64,000 nucleotides of DNA, from positions 6,272,001-6,336,000 of the forward strand of contig OZ244207.1 of assembly GCA_965216875.1 (NCBI GenBank), read 5' to 3'. Position 1 is the first letter of the stretch. Every line of letters starts with the position of its first letter. Below, piece by piece: positions 20,069-29,544 of this stretch. A model generated the notes under the pieces. The model had not been told where the DNA came from, ran no database searches, and saw only the letters and a list, made by a program, of their open reading frames with translations. The position numbers and the translations under genes were made by a program. The DNA comes from Rubripirellula sp. Its GTDB lineage: Bacteria; Planctomycetota; Planctomycetia; Pirellulales; Pirellulaceae.

Positions 20069-20878
20069 ATGTCTGAGGAAGCGGTCGAAACGTCCGAGAC
20101 TTCGCCAACGCCAAAAAGCGTGCATTTGACGTCTCGACTTCTTGCGCCCACAACGATCCTGAGCGTGGTATTGCTGGCGTTGACGCTATTGCCGATGTCC
20201 AAATGCAGCAACGACCCAAACGATAGCGACGGCGAAATTGTGCCAGCGGTGATCGCAGTTGCGATGCTCGGACGCGATGAACAACCACCGCTCAGTTGGT
20301 TCGAGTCTATCGAGAGATTCGTCAGCCAGGTTCCGCTTCTGTTCTTGATCACGTGGCCTTACTGGAATGCCTTTCCAGGTATTGCGGCCGGGATCGTGGT
20401 GATACGTTGGCCCCGCGCCGCGACGACCATCTATCGATTGCTGCTGTTGCTTCTTGCAGGGGCTGTCACCTCCCTCGCGTTTGCCGTGGAACCCCTTTGG
20501 CGGCCGGTTGTTGGAGTCGGCGGACTGGTTGCACTCGCGACAATCGTCGTGTCGTTTCCGTTTGTCCACCGATCGATTTTCCGCTGGACATCCTCGCAGC
20601 GCTTCGAAGGTCAACCCAATCGAGTGCACGCGGCCTTTACTTCGGTGGCCATCTTATGCGCAACCGCATCGATCATGTTGGCCACCCTCGACCAAACGAT
20701 TCTCTATGGTGGAATCTTGGCGCTCTTTACGAACCTATCAATGGTATTCGTTGCGGTGACATCGGCCGCACAATCCAAAGTCGATTGCAAACGCACGCCA
20801 CGCTTCAAAATCGCGCACGTTCTTTGTCTGACGTTCGCGATTGCAGTGATCTTGGGCTGGCTGTTTCGGAATTCCTGA
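20069..20878 (+). CDS. Hypothetical polytopic membrane protein
   Basis: Multiple hydrophobic segments; starts 3 nt after the MBOAT stop. Confidence 0.6.
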   Translation: MSEEAVETSETSPTPKSVHLTSRLLAPTTILSVVLLALTLLPMSKCSNDPNDSDGEIVPAVIAVAMLGRDEQPPLSWFESIERFVSQVPLLFLITWPYWNAFPGIAAGIVVIRWPRAATTIYRLLLLLLAGAVTSLAFAVEPLWRPVVGVGGLVALATIVVSFPFVHRSIFRWTSSQRFEGQPNRVHAAFTSVAILCATASIMLATLDQTILYGGILALFTNLSMVFVAVTSAAQSKVDCKRTPRFKIAHVLCLTFAIAVILGWLFRNS

Positions 20879-20881
20879 TCA

Positions 20882-21709
20882 CTAGCCGATTCGCTGAATC
20901 TTTTGCCAGTCGATCTGATGCGACGCGGTCGTCACGCGATGGTATGCCGCGGTCAGGGCCAGCATGACACCAATGGCGATCGCGGCGGCGATCACGAACA
21001 TGATCACGATCTGGTACTGAACCGCTTGGATGGGCGGCGCGCCGGCCAGCAATTGACCCGTCATCATGCCTGGCAGGCTGACAATGCCAGCGACCGACAT
21101 GGTATTGAGGATCGGGATCATCGCGGTTCGCGTTGCCGCTGCGAACACGTCGCGACAGGCTTCCCAGCGTGTCGCGCCGAGCGTCAGCTGCAACTCGACC
21201 TCGCCGCGCCGCTGCCTCAACTCACTCAAAAACCGGTCCAGACCGAGGGAAATCCCAGTCAGTGAGTTGCCAAGCACCATGCCGAGAAGTGGAATGACAA
21301 CCTGAGGGCTGTGCCACGGTTGCGGGCGCACCACCAACAAGACGGTGACTCCCGTCGTCAACCAAGTACTTGCCCACACCGAAAGTACGGCCGCAGGATA
21401 GATCGATTCAAAGCGATGTTCGATTCGGCGCACCGCGGCAATACCCGCGATCAAGGTCATTACGGCGGCCAAGCCAAGAACGGGCCAAGCCGACGACAAT
21501 GCAAAAATCTGTTTGAGGATCAGTCCGACGATGGCGAGTTGGATCGTCATCCGAATCGAACTCACCGCGATCTGGCGCGCCAATCCCAGTCGCAAGACCC
21601 AGGACACGATCGCGTTGACTCCGATCAACGCGGCGGCGATTCCAACTTCGACCCACGTGATCGAAATGTCGTTTGGTTCGCCGGTCGCTAAGAGCAGTGC
21701 GTCAAGCAT
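20882..21709 (-). CDS. ABC transporter permease, FetB/YbbM (UPF0014) family
   Basis: RMTIQL, IPLLGMVLGNSL, LGATRWEA, GIVSLPGMMTGQLLAG and YQIVIMF. Confidence 0.88.
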   Translation of the reverse strand: MLDALLLATGEPNDISITWVEVGIAAALIGVNAIVSWVLRLGLARQIAVSSIRMTIQLAIVGLILKQIFALSSAWPVLGLAAVMTLIAGIAAVRRIEHRFESIYPAAVLSVWASTWLTTGVTVLLVVRPQPWHSPQVVIPLLGMVLGNSLTGISLGLDRFLSELRQRRGEVELQLTLGATRWEACRDVFAAATRTAMIPILNTMSVAGIVSLPGMMTGQLLAGAPPIQAVQYQIVIMFVIAAAIAIGVMLALTAAYHRVTTASHQIDWQKIQRIG

Positions 21710-22385
21710 GGGGTACTCCTTCAACCATGCGACCGGCATCCAAAAGGATTTGCCGCGAGGTTAGTCGATCGCGTTGGCTTTCATCATGACTGACGAGAAG
21801 GAGCGCGCGTCCGCCAGGGTTGTGCCAATCCATGACGACTTGCTCGAACCGGAGCGTCGTTTCGGGATCCAAAGATGCTGTTGGCTCATCGAGCAGCAGC
21901 ACCGAAGGATCAACAAGGATCGCGCGAACCAGTGCAACCAATTGACCTTCGCCGCCGCTAAGTTGTTCGGCCGATTGGTCCAAGAACGCCGGTTGCTTTC
22001 CGAGCTGGTCAAGCAATTGAATGCCGCGCGTCTCGTCGTATTTCGGCGAAGTTTCGCCCGCAGCGATTTGCAATTCAAACGGCAATTTCAAATTGTCGCG
22101 AACCGTCCCCGACACGACCGCAGAACGCTGAGCGAGATAGACCACTTGTCGGCGATAGCGAATGATGTTTTCGGCCGAAACCAAGGCGCCATTCCAGTGA
22201 ACGTCGCCTTCGATTGGATCGAGCATTGCGATCGCTCGAAGCAACGTCGACTTGCCTGATCCGATCGGGCCCACAATGGCCAATCGGTCACCCGCGTCAA
22301 TCGTCAACTGGGAAAGCTCCAGTAACACCTGGTCAGCATCGATGCGACGAACGAGATTCGATAATGTGAGGATCGGCGACGGCAT
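21702..22385 (-). CDS. ABC transporter ATP-binding protein, FetA/YbbL-like
   Basis: GPIGSGKST, LSGGE, LLLDEPT and VSH; overlaps the permease start. Confidence 0.88.
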   Translation of the reverse strand: MPSPILTLSNLVRRIDADQVLLELSQLTIDAGDRLAIVGPIGSGKSTLLRAIAMLDPIEGDVHWNGALVSAENIIRYRRQVVYLAQRSAVVSGTVRDNLKLPFELQIAAGETSPKYDETRGIQLLDQLGKQPAFLDQSAEQLSGGEGQLVALVRAILVDPSVLLLDEPTASLDPETTLRFEQVVMDWHNPGGRALLLVSHDESQRDRLTSRQILLDAGRMVEGVPHA

Positions 22386-22410
22386 GTTGGATTGGTTGGA
22401 CCGACCAAGT

Positions 22411-24909
22411 TTAGTTTCTTGGTTTCAGGCCATTGTGTGTTGCCGTCGCCGCCGTTGGATCTTCGGGCCAATGGTGTTTGGGATAGCGACGGCGAAGGTC
22501 TTTGCGGACTTGAATGTAGGTCGAACTCCAAAAGTTCTGCAAGTCTTCGGTAATCTGCTGAGCGCGATAGTTTGGTCCGAGCAGATGCAATTGAACAGGG
22601 ACGCGGCCACCGGCAATGCGAGGGTTTTCGTTCCAACCAAACAATTCTTGAATCCGCACTTCCATGATTGGGGGTTTTCCATCCGCGTATTGCAGGCGGA
22701 TGGAATTCCCACTGGGGACACGCATCTTTTCGGGGGCGAGTCGATCGATCGTCTGCAACGTTTCGTAGTCATAGCCAGATCGGATGTGGTCCAGCCACGG
22801 CGCTTTTCGAAGCTGGGCGAACGATGTGCGCGACTGGCACAACGCGACAAGGGCGTCGTCAACAAGCTGTTGGGTTGATGGTAATTCGAGCTCCGTCATT
22901 ACCGCTGACAAAAAGCGAACGCGTTGAATGAATCCCTCGAGCTGTTGGTCGTCACTCGGAAAGACTTGATCCATCTGCTGTTTTGCGGCTTCGACCAGCA
23001 TCTCAGCAATCTCGCCACCAGGAGCGCACCGGATCGGTGTTTCTGAAAGCAACAGATCATCGTAGTAGGTGCGGTGCCGCGCGATCACACTTTGCGATTC
23101 GGGCTGAAAAATCGGCTCGTCGACTTCTCGTATGAGACCCTCGTCAAGCCAATGACGCTCAACCGCTGTGGCCAAGCGAACGCGAGCATCGGTATCCCCC
23201 GAGTCCACATCGACGCAAACGAAGAGTTCCGAGTCGCGGACAGACGAATTGCGATCGATTCGGACACCGCGACCGCCAACCATCACTCCCTTGTCACTGG
23301 ATGGTTCGCGTCGGCGTGCGACTCGATCGGGAAAGGCAGACAACAATGCGCGCGATAGTTTCGCACCATGATCCACGCCTTTTGCGTTGATGCTACGTAA
23401 GAGTTGATCGGCCACGCGACGAATCTGTTTCGCGAATGCGGGTTCGATGTCGCCACCGCGATCGCCTTCAAAGAACGCCTTCAAGCGGTCGACGCGATCG
23501 GAAACATCGCATGCTGACAAGGTTTGACTGTCCCGTCGCCGATCTCTTCGAAACGGCGATCGTTCGGTGAGCAACGCTGCTGCGATTGCAGCGTCATCGA
23601 CGATTCCTTGGTCAGCGGCCGAAAGCAGGAACCGGGCAACACGCGGATGAACGGGAATCGAGAGCATCGATCGCCCTAGCTCGGTTACCGAACGCTCCGA
23701 ATCAATGGCGTGCAGTTGTTGCAGTAGCTTGGTCGCCCGATCAACCGCCGAGACTCGTGGTGCCGTCAACCACGGGAAATCGCTGATGTCACGCTCGCCC
23801 CAAGCGAACAGACGCAGTGCAGCAGCGCAAAAATCGGCTCTCTCAATCTCGGCTGTGTCTCGTTCGGGCCGCGAACGATGCACATTGGCCGGCCATAGTC
23901 GAAGGCAACGACCGGCCTGCGTCCGTCCAGCGCGCCCCGCACGCTGCTCGGCGGATGCCTGCGAAATACTCTCGAGTGAAAGTTTCGGCAAGCCGACCGA
24001 CGCATCAAAACGCAGGACGCGCGCGAGCCCGCTGTCGATGACACCCGTCACGCCTTCGATCGTGACCGACGTTTCCGCGACATTGGTCGAAAGAATGATT
24101 TTGCGACGGTCGGACGGTCCGAGCACGTCGTCTTGATCCTTAGGGGAAAGGTCCCCATACAAGTCATGGACATCAAAGTCGTCTCCGAGTGCGGACTCGA
24201 CAATCGCGTGTGTGCGTCGAATCTCACCCACACCGGGAAGGAAACCGAGGAGGTGCCCGGACGTTTTTTCGGCAAGTTCGCGAATTGCATCGAGCATCCT
24301 TTGCTCGAGTGGCGCGTCGCTGTGATGGGCGACGTGAGCAATGTCGACGGGATAGGAACGTCCTTCACTCATCACCGCTTCGGCATCACCAAGAAAATCA
24401 ACGATCGGCCCAGGATCGAGCGTCGCGGACATCACGATCAGGTTGAGCTCAGGTCGCACGGTCGTGCGAATTCGATGGACCATGCCGAGCAGAAGATCCA
24501 TCTCGAGCGAACGTTCATGGAATTCATCCAACACGACGCAGGAAACGTCTTCCAAGAAAGGATCGGATTGCAACTGACGCAGCGCGATGCCCGGTGTGAC
24601 CACAAGAATCCGCGTCGACTTGCTTGATCGACGATCAAAACGAACTTGGTAGCCAACTTCGTCCCCCAGTTTGCAGTTCACCAGAGAAGCAAGCCGAGAC
24701 GCGGCACTACGCGCGGCAAGACGCCGCGGCTGAATCAACAGAATCTTGCCAGCTGGGGTGTCGGCAAACAGCGCGGGCGGAACACCCGTGGTTTTTCCCG
24801 CACCCGGCGGCGCCTTGAGAACCACGGGAACGTTCCGCGCGACCGCATCAACGATCTGCGTCAGACATTCGTTGATGGGCAGATCGTCTTGATACGATGC
24901 CGTCGCCAA
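22411..24909 (-). CDS. hrpB: ATP-dependent RNA helicase HrpB
   Basis: APPGAGKTT, QPRRLAAR, DEFHERS, MSATL, TNVAETSVTI, QRAGRAGR and C-terminal YPKHHWP. Confidence 0.93.
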   Translation of the reverse strand: MATASYQDDLPINECLTQIVDAVARNVPVVLKAPPGAGKTTGVPPALFADTPAGKILLIQPRRLAARSAASRLASLVNCKLGDEVGYQVRFDRRSSKSTRILVVTPGIALRQLQSDPFLEDVSCVVLDEFHERSLEMDLLLGMVHRIRTTVRPELNLIVMSATLDPGPIVDFLGDAEAVMSEGRSYPVDIAHVAHHSDAPLEQRMLDAIRELAEKTSGHLLGFLPGVGEIRRTHAIVESALGDDFDVHDLYGDLSPKDQDDVLGPSDRRKIILSTNVAETSVTIEGVTGVIDSGLARVLRFDASVGLPKLSLESISQASAEQRAGRAGRTQAGRCLRLWPANVHRSRPERDTAEIERADFCAAALRLFAWGERDISDFPWLTAPRVSAVDRATKLLQQLHAIDSERSVTELGRSMLSIPVHPRVARFLLSAADQGIVDDAAIAAALLTERSPFRRDRRRDSQTLSACDVSDRVDRLKAFFEGDRGGDIEPAFAKQIRRVADQLLRSINAKGVDHGAKLSRALLSAFPDRVARRREPSSDKGVMVGGRGVRIDRNSSVRDSELFVCVDVDSGDTDARVRLATAVERHWLDEGLIREVDEPIFQPESQSVIARHRTYYDDLLLSETPIRCAPGGEIAEMLVEAAKQQMDQVFPSDDQQLEGFIQRVRFLSAVMTELELPSTQQLVDDALVALCQSRTSFAQLRKAPWLDHIRSGYDYETLQTIDRLAPEKMRVPSGNSIRLQYADGKPPIMEVRIQELFGWNENPRIAGGRVPVQLHLLGPNYRAQQITEDLQNFWSSTYIQVRKDLRRRYPKHHWPEDPTAATATHNGLKPRN

Positions 24910-24980
24910 AGGATAGAGCTAGTTTGGTTTTGAATTCCGTCTTTGGATCGGACTCGCCACAGCGCGTCCTGCACAGAGTC

Positions 24981-26276
24981 TTATTGCAGGTGGATATCGG
25001 CAAAGTCGAGATACTGCGTCCAGTCATAAGAGGTCACGCTATGCTTGCCAGTTCGCAAGTGGTAACCGATTTTTCCGGTCTTGATCGCATTGTCGGGTGC
25101 TGGCATCTCTGGAGGCGCGGATCCACCGAAGCCAACCGTACCAAGCAATCGATAAACCGGATCGGCGTGGACGGCTGACAAGAATTCACCCTTGGGATCT
25201 GCCCAGCGATCTTCGGTCGCGCTCGCGATGTAGACGGCGCGGGGTGCGATCAACGCGATGAGCTGGTGTTGGTCGACGGGGCATTCGTCTTCGTTGAGGT
25301 TGTATTGAAGGTAGTTGTCACAGAACCAGTGCGGGAAAACGGTGTTGATGCGGCCAACCGTTTCGCCGATCGCACGGCGACTTAACGCTGCGCCGCCACA
25401 ACCCGAGTTGTTACTGATGACAAGTTTGAACCGTGTGTCGGTCGCGCCCGTCCAGAGGGAAGTTTTTCCAAGCCGCGAGTGACCCATCACCGCAAGTCGA
25501 TCGGAATCGATCCATTGGTCCGTTTCCAAGTAGTCGACGACCCGGCTGACCCCGTAGGCCCATCCTGCAATGCTGCCCCACTTTTCCCCGGAAGGGATCT
25601 TGGCTTTAGCGACATCGGCCTTCAGTGCGCCGTGCACACCATTTTCGAAACCATCATCGAAATCGGGATCGATATCGCCGTAGTAGATCGTTACCAGCGC
25701 GTAGCCTCGATCAATGATCATCTCGATAGGCCATCGACTTGAAGCAACACCTCGAGCCTTTTCCGTTGCACGGTTGTTTTGGGTCGTTTCCTTCTTCGGT
25801 CGCATCCAGCTTTCGTTCAATGAGATCGAAGGGTCTGGATCAACGCTGTGATTGCCTTGAAAGTTCAACGTGACAAAGGCTGGCGCGGGCTTTGCCGAAG
25901 TGGGCGTGTAGATCAGCACCCGAATCGATAACGCATCGTCTCCCAAAATGACATCGACTTCTCGTCGCGTTGCCTTGCCACCGAAGACCTTCGTCTGGCT
26001 AACTTCTTGATGACGAACATCGCAGGGCTCAGGAGCTCGACCATAGACCTGTGCAGCGAACAGGTCGAGGATCTCGGGTCGTCGAACTTCGAACCACGTT
26101 TTGGCGTCGGTGACGGAATCTCCTTTTTCGGTCACCAGTGGATCGGGCAACGTGAACGAAGGAATCTTGGATTCGTCATAGTTCGCGACAAACTTTTGAG
26201 CCTGCGAGATTGAGGCGAACTGCGACACGGACAAGAACAAACCGAACAAGGTTGCAGAGAGAATCAGTCGCGACAT
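24981..26276 (-). CDS. Carbohydrate esterase family 15 (glucuronoyl esterase-like), secreted
   Basis: Signal peptide; ANYDESK..LPDPL; GHSRLGK nucleophile elbow; SGCGGAALSRR; FPHWF; WADPKGEF. Confidence 0.85.
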   Translation of the reverse strand: MSRLILSATLFGLFLSVSQFASISQAQKFVANYDESKIPSFTLPDPLVTEKGDSVTDAKTWFEVRRPEILDLFAAQVYGRAPEPCDVRHQEVSQTKVFGGKATRREVDVILGDDALSIRVLIYTPTSAKPAPAFVTLNFQGNHSVDPDPSISLNESWMRPKKETTQNNRATEKARGVASSRWPIEMIIDRGYALVTIYYGDIDPDFDDGFENGVHGALKADVAKAKIPSGEKWGSIAGWAYGVSRVVDYLETDQWIDSDRLAVMGHSRLGKTSLWTGATDTRFKLVISNNSGCGGAALSRRAIGETVGRINTVFPHWFCDNYLQYNLNEDECPVDQHQLIALIAPRAVYIASATEDRWADPKGEFLSAVHADPVYRLLGTVGFGGSAPPEMPAPDNAIKTGKIGYHLRTGKHSVTSYDWTQYLDFADIHLQ

Positions 26277-26435
26277 GAGTGTGAACCCCGGGGGAAGTGA
26301 GTCGACGGGAGCGGGCGGGACGATTCGACCCATGACCTTGGTCGCATCGCGAAAAGCAGCATAAGAGCCGCTAGAGGCGAGTGCCAGTCTTTCCCCCGAT
26401 GAGACTCTCAATCATTTCTGATTTGTGCAGTGACG

Positions 26436-26957
26436 CTAGGCGGGTCCAAGACCAACTGCACGTCGCCAGGCACTCATTTGTCCCATGTGCAGCATGAAGT
26501 GACCACCGACATAGAAACCCAACATCGCGCCGGTGGTTGGGAATTTTGCTTTGGCGGCTTCGTTGGCGTTGGCCGTCAAGAAGACATCGTCCGGAGCGGC
26601 TTCCAACGCATCAGCCGCCGCGCGATGCCCGTCAAGCAGCGCCGCGGTGACCTCGTCCATCGAGGGATAGATCGAGCCATCGGGGTCGTCGACGCATTTC
26701 GCATCTTTGGAAAAGACTTTGATCCAATTTTCTGCTGGTTCAAACGCGCTGGCGTCGCCACCGACTTCACTGATCACTCGGCTCGAATAAAGACTCAGAT
26801 GGCCGTAGATGAAGGCGGGGTGGTTCGATTCAATCACCGTGTCGCCAATCGTCGCAAAGCGAGCGAATTGGTCTGGTTTGACATCTGAAAGAAGACGTTC
26901 CGCATACCCTAACCCGAGTCGGGCGGAAGCAGCGATGATGGGTCCGATGTTCGACAC
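26436..26957 (-). CDS. DinB family protein
   Basis: NHPAFIYGHL and HFMLHMGQMSAWRR metal-binding pattern; GTG start after AAGGAA. Confidence 0.75.
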   Translation of the reverse strand: MSNIGPIIAASARLGLGYAERLLSDVKPDQFARFATIGDTVIESNHPAFIYGHLSLYSSRVISEVGGDASAFEPAENWIKVFSKDAKCVDDPDGSIYPSMDEVTAALLDGHRAAADALEAAPDDVFLTANANEAAKAKFPTTGAMLGFYVGGHFMLHMGQMSAWRRAVGLGPA

Positions 26958-27069
26958 GATGGATTCCTTGGTCGTGGGAAATAGAGTCGCCTTAACGTGC
27001 AAGCCATGATTACAGCGACTGTTCGGACCGATGTCCATCGGCGTCGAATCGAGGTGTGATTCGTTCAAC

Positions 27070-27102
27070 AAAAAACGCTCCCGCACATCAGTGCGAGAGC
27101 GT
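27070..27102 (-). terminator. Intrinsic terminator after the Gfo/Idh/MocA gene
   Basis: acgctcccgcac/gtgcgagagcgt stem with an adjacent A-run. Confidence 0.7.
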
Positions 27103-27138
27103 CATCGTTTTCAACATTGAATCGGTCAAGCCGCTGAA

Positions 27139-28443
27139 TTACGCGTACGGGTTGTACTTTCCTGGGACAGGAACAGGGTACTTTCCGTCAGCACCCGGCT
27201 GTGTCGGTGGAATGGTATCGATCGTGTAGTCGTCGATTCCAGGAGCGAGTTCCGTTCCTTTCGCGAGCAAATCGTCCCACTTCAAGATCTTGCCCGAGTA
27301 GCAAGCTTCGCGGCCAAGGATGGCGGTGAAGGTCGACTTCGCGCCGTATTCACCTTCGTTGTAGATCTCGCCACGCATCAGAGCTTCGATCATGTCGTGT
27401 TGCTCTTGTTGGTGACCGTTGGGCTTTTTGCCGTCGAAGGCCCAGGCATTGGGACCATCGATTCGACCGCTTGGGTCGGCAGTTCCCTTGGTGCCATGAA
27501 CGGCCTCGCCAACGTGGTTCCAAACATTCTTTGCGTGACGACCTTGGCTGAACATCTTGGTGCCGTCAGCAAAGGTGTACTCACAGAACGTGTGGTCAAA
27601 AATCTGGCTCTTGGTGGCGTCGCCATCCATTCGCAGTTCGCGACCGCCCATGCCGTTGCATTCGACCGGGTACTCGCCTTTGACCCAGCATCCAACATCG
27701 AGGTTGTGGATGTGCTGTTCACAGATTTGGTCGCCCGACAACCAGTTGAAGTGATACCAGTTGTGGACTTGGAAAGCCATTTCGGTGTGTTCTGGTTGAC
27801 GGTTGCGATACCAGATACCACCACCGTTCCAGTAGACGCGTTGGCAGATGACGTCGCCGATCGCACCTTCGTGAATTCGCTTGATGGTTTCCATGTAGCG
27901 AGGCTCGTGGCGGCGCTGCAGACCGATGGCAACCATCAGGTTCTTCTTCTTCGATTCTTCAACCGAAGCGAGCACGCGGCGAACACCGGTTGAATCGGAA
28001 GCAACTGGCTTCTCCATGAAGATGTGCTTGCCTTTGTTGACCGCGTATTCGAACTGTTGAGGTTTGAATCCGGGTGGCGTGGCGATGATCACCAGGTCGA
28101 CGTCCGAATCGATGACTTGCTTGTAGCCATCCAAGCCGCCAAAGAAACGTTCGGTGGGAACGTCAACCTTTTCCTTGAACTTGTTTTGCAGGCCCTTCAG
28201 CTTCAGACCAGCGATCGATGGAAAGGGGTCGGCAACGGCAACCAATTTGGTGTTGCCTTTGGTGCTCATGATTTGACCGGCGGCGGACGAACCACGTCCA
28301 CCACATCCAATCAGGCCAAAGCGAATCGTGTCGCTTCCTTGTGCGTGAGCTGTTCGTGCGATTGTGCTGGTCAGGGCAGCACCAGCGGCTGCTGCGGTGG
28401 TTGATTTCAGGAAGCTACGACGATTTGAGTCGCTTGGCATCAC
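27139..28443 (-). CDS. Tat-exported Gfo/Idh/MocA family oxidoreductase
   Basis: NRRSFLK Tat motif, GLIGCGGRG, IATPP, MEKPVA and EQHIHNLD. Confidence 0.9.
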   Translation of the reverse strand: MMPSDSNRRSFLKSTTAAAAGAALTSTIARTAHAQGSDTIRFGLIGCGGRGSSAAGQIMSTKGNTKLVAVADPFPSIAGLKLKGLQNKFKEKVDVPTERFFGGLDGYKQVIDSDVDLVIIATPPGFKPQQFEYAVNKGKHIFMEKPVASDSTGVRRVLASVEESKKKNLMVAIGLQRRHEPRYMETIKRIHEGAIGDVICQRVYWNGGGIWYRNRQPEHTEMAFQVHNWYHFNWLSGDQICEQHIHNLDVGCWVKGEYPVECNGMGGRELRMDGDATKSQIFDHTFCEYTFADGTKMFSQGRHAKNVWNHVGEAVHGTKGTADPSGRIDGPNAWAFDGKKPNGHQQEQHDMIEALMRGEIYNEGEYGAKSTFTAILGREACYSGKILKWDDLLAKGTELAPGIDDYTIDTIPPTQPGADGKYPVPVPGKYNPYA

Positions 28444-28626
28444 TGGGATCCTCTATTCGGGGGTTATCTCTAAGAGTTGGACTACTTGGGGAAAGACCGA
28501 ATTGTAAACGCAATACGGCAAAAGTGGAGCGGACAAGGCCCTTGTGGCGTCAATTTGCCGTTTTCACGACGTTTTGACGCGCTCCAAATCCTGCGATCCC
28601 CCTCATCCAGCGGGATCAAGACGGTT

Positions 28627-29478
28627 TTAAGGGCCAGGTTTTAGGGGCCAGTTGTCGTCGACGACAATCAACCTCTCGGACTCTCTTCCCTCACTATCTA
28701 ACACCGCAACCATCGAAGCTGATCGGATCGATCCAGGCCTGGCCGGCGACATCGCGTCGATCAATTGCTTGAAGGTTAATGGACGATGGCCCGCGGCGGT
28801 CAACCAAAAGGGTTTGGCAAGCAGCTCAAACCGCGGCGATTCCTCGTCGCCGTCTAACAGCGACAATTCACTTTTGTGCAACCATCGCCCGCCAAGGTGC
28901 TGGCTTGAAGTCATTGCCGGAAGTTTGGCCTTGGTGGTGTGGCCGAACGGTACAAACAGCCTCCCCTTCACCAGCGCCGCTCGTTTGGTTGGCTGAGGGA
29001 ATCGTTTTTCACAAAGCCGCAATTGGTGATTGAAGAGTCGCTCGAGTTTCAGATCCAGACGGTCCTTCGCATTGGGCCCAACCCAAAGGTCGCATTGAGG
29101 ACGCGTTGGCTTAGGTTGAAGAAAGAACTTGACCGCCGTCTCAAGGTGGACGAACTCACCCTCTTCGTCTTCGAACAAAAAATCAATTTCGCCGACCGTC
29201 TTACCTGAACGTATGACTTGATGCTGATGAGCGATCAGCTTGACCGATCGAATCCGCGTCAGCCAATACAGCACCAGGGATTCGAAGTACCTGCCGACGC
29301 GATAGCAGAGACGATCTTGGATGAACTTGCCGAGGTCGGCTCGATCGATGACATCGGGGTCGATCGAGAACGGATCGCTGGCGTCGCAGGTGATCAACGA
29401 GTTGCTGTTAATCGCCCAGGCGAGATCCGCGGCCAATTGATCACGGCGGTCGTCGTCCATGATCACGCTGTGAGACAT
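28627..29478 (-). CDS. DUF1853 family protein (PD-(D/E)xK-like)
   Basis: VGRYFE, GEIDFL, HLETAVKFFL and WVGPNAKDRL. Start moved to ATG 29478 to avoid overlap with the divergent kinase. Confidence 0.75.
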   Translation of the reverse strand: MSHSVIMDDDRRDQLAADLAWAINSNSLITCDASDPFSIDPDVIDRADLGKFIQDRLCYRVGRYFESLVLYWLTRIRSVKLIAHQHQVIRSGKTVGEIDFLFEDEEGEFVHLETAVKFFLQPKPTRPQCDLWVGPNAKDRLDLKLERLFNHQLRLCEKRFPQPTKRAALVKGRLFVPFGHTTKAKLPAMTSSQHLGGRWLHKSELSLLDGDEESPRFELLAKPFWLTAAGHRPLTFKQLIDAMSPARPGSIRSASMVAVLDSEGRESERLIVVDDNWPLKPGP

Positions 29479-29544
29479 CTGCGATAGGTAGGTCGGTACA
29501 ATGAATCTTCCATCGCTTGTATTGGCTGGTATCGGGAGTGGGTC

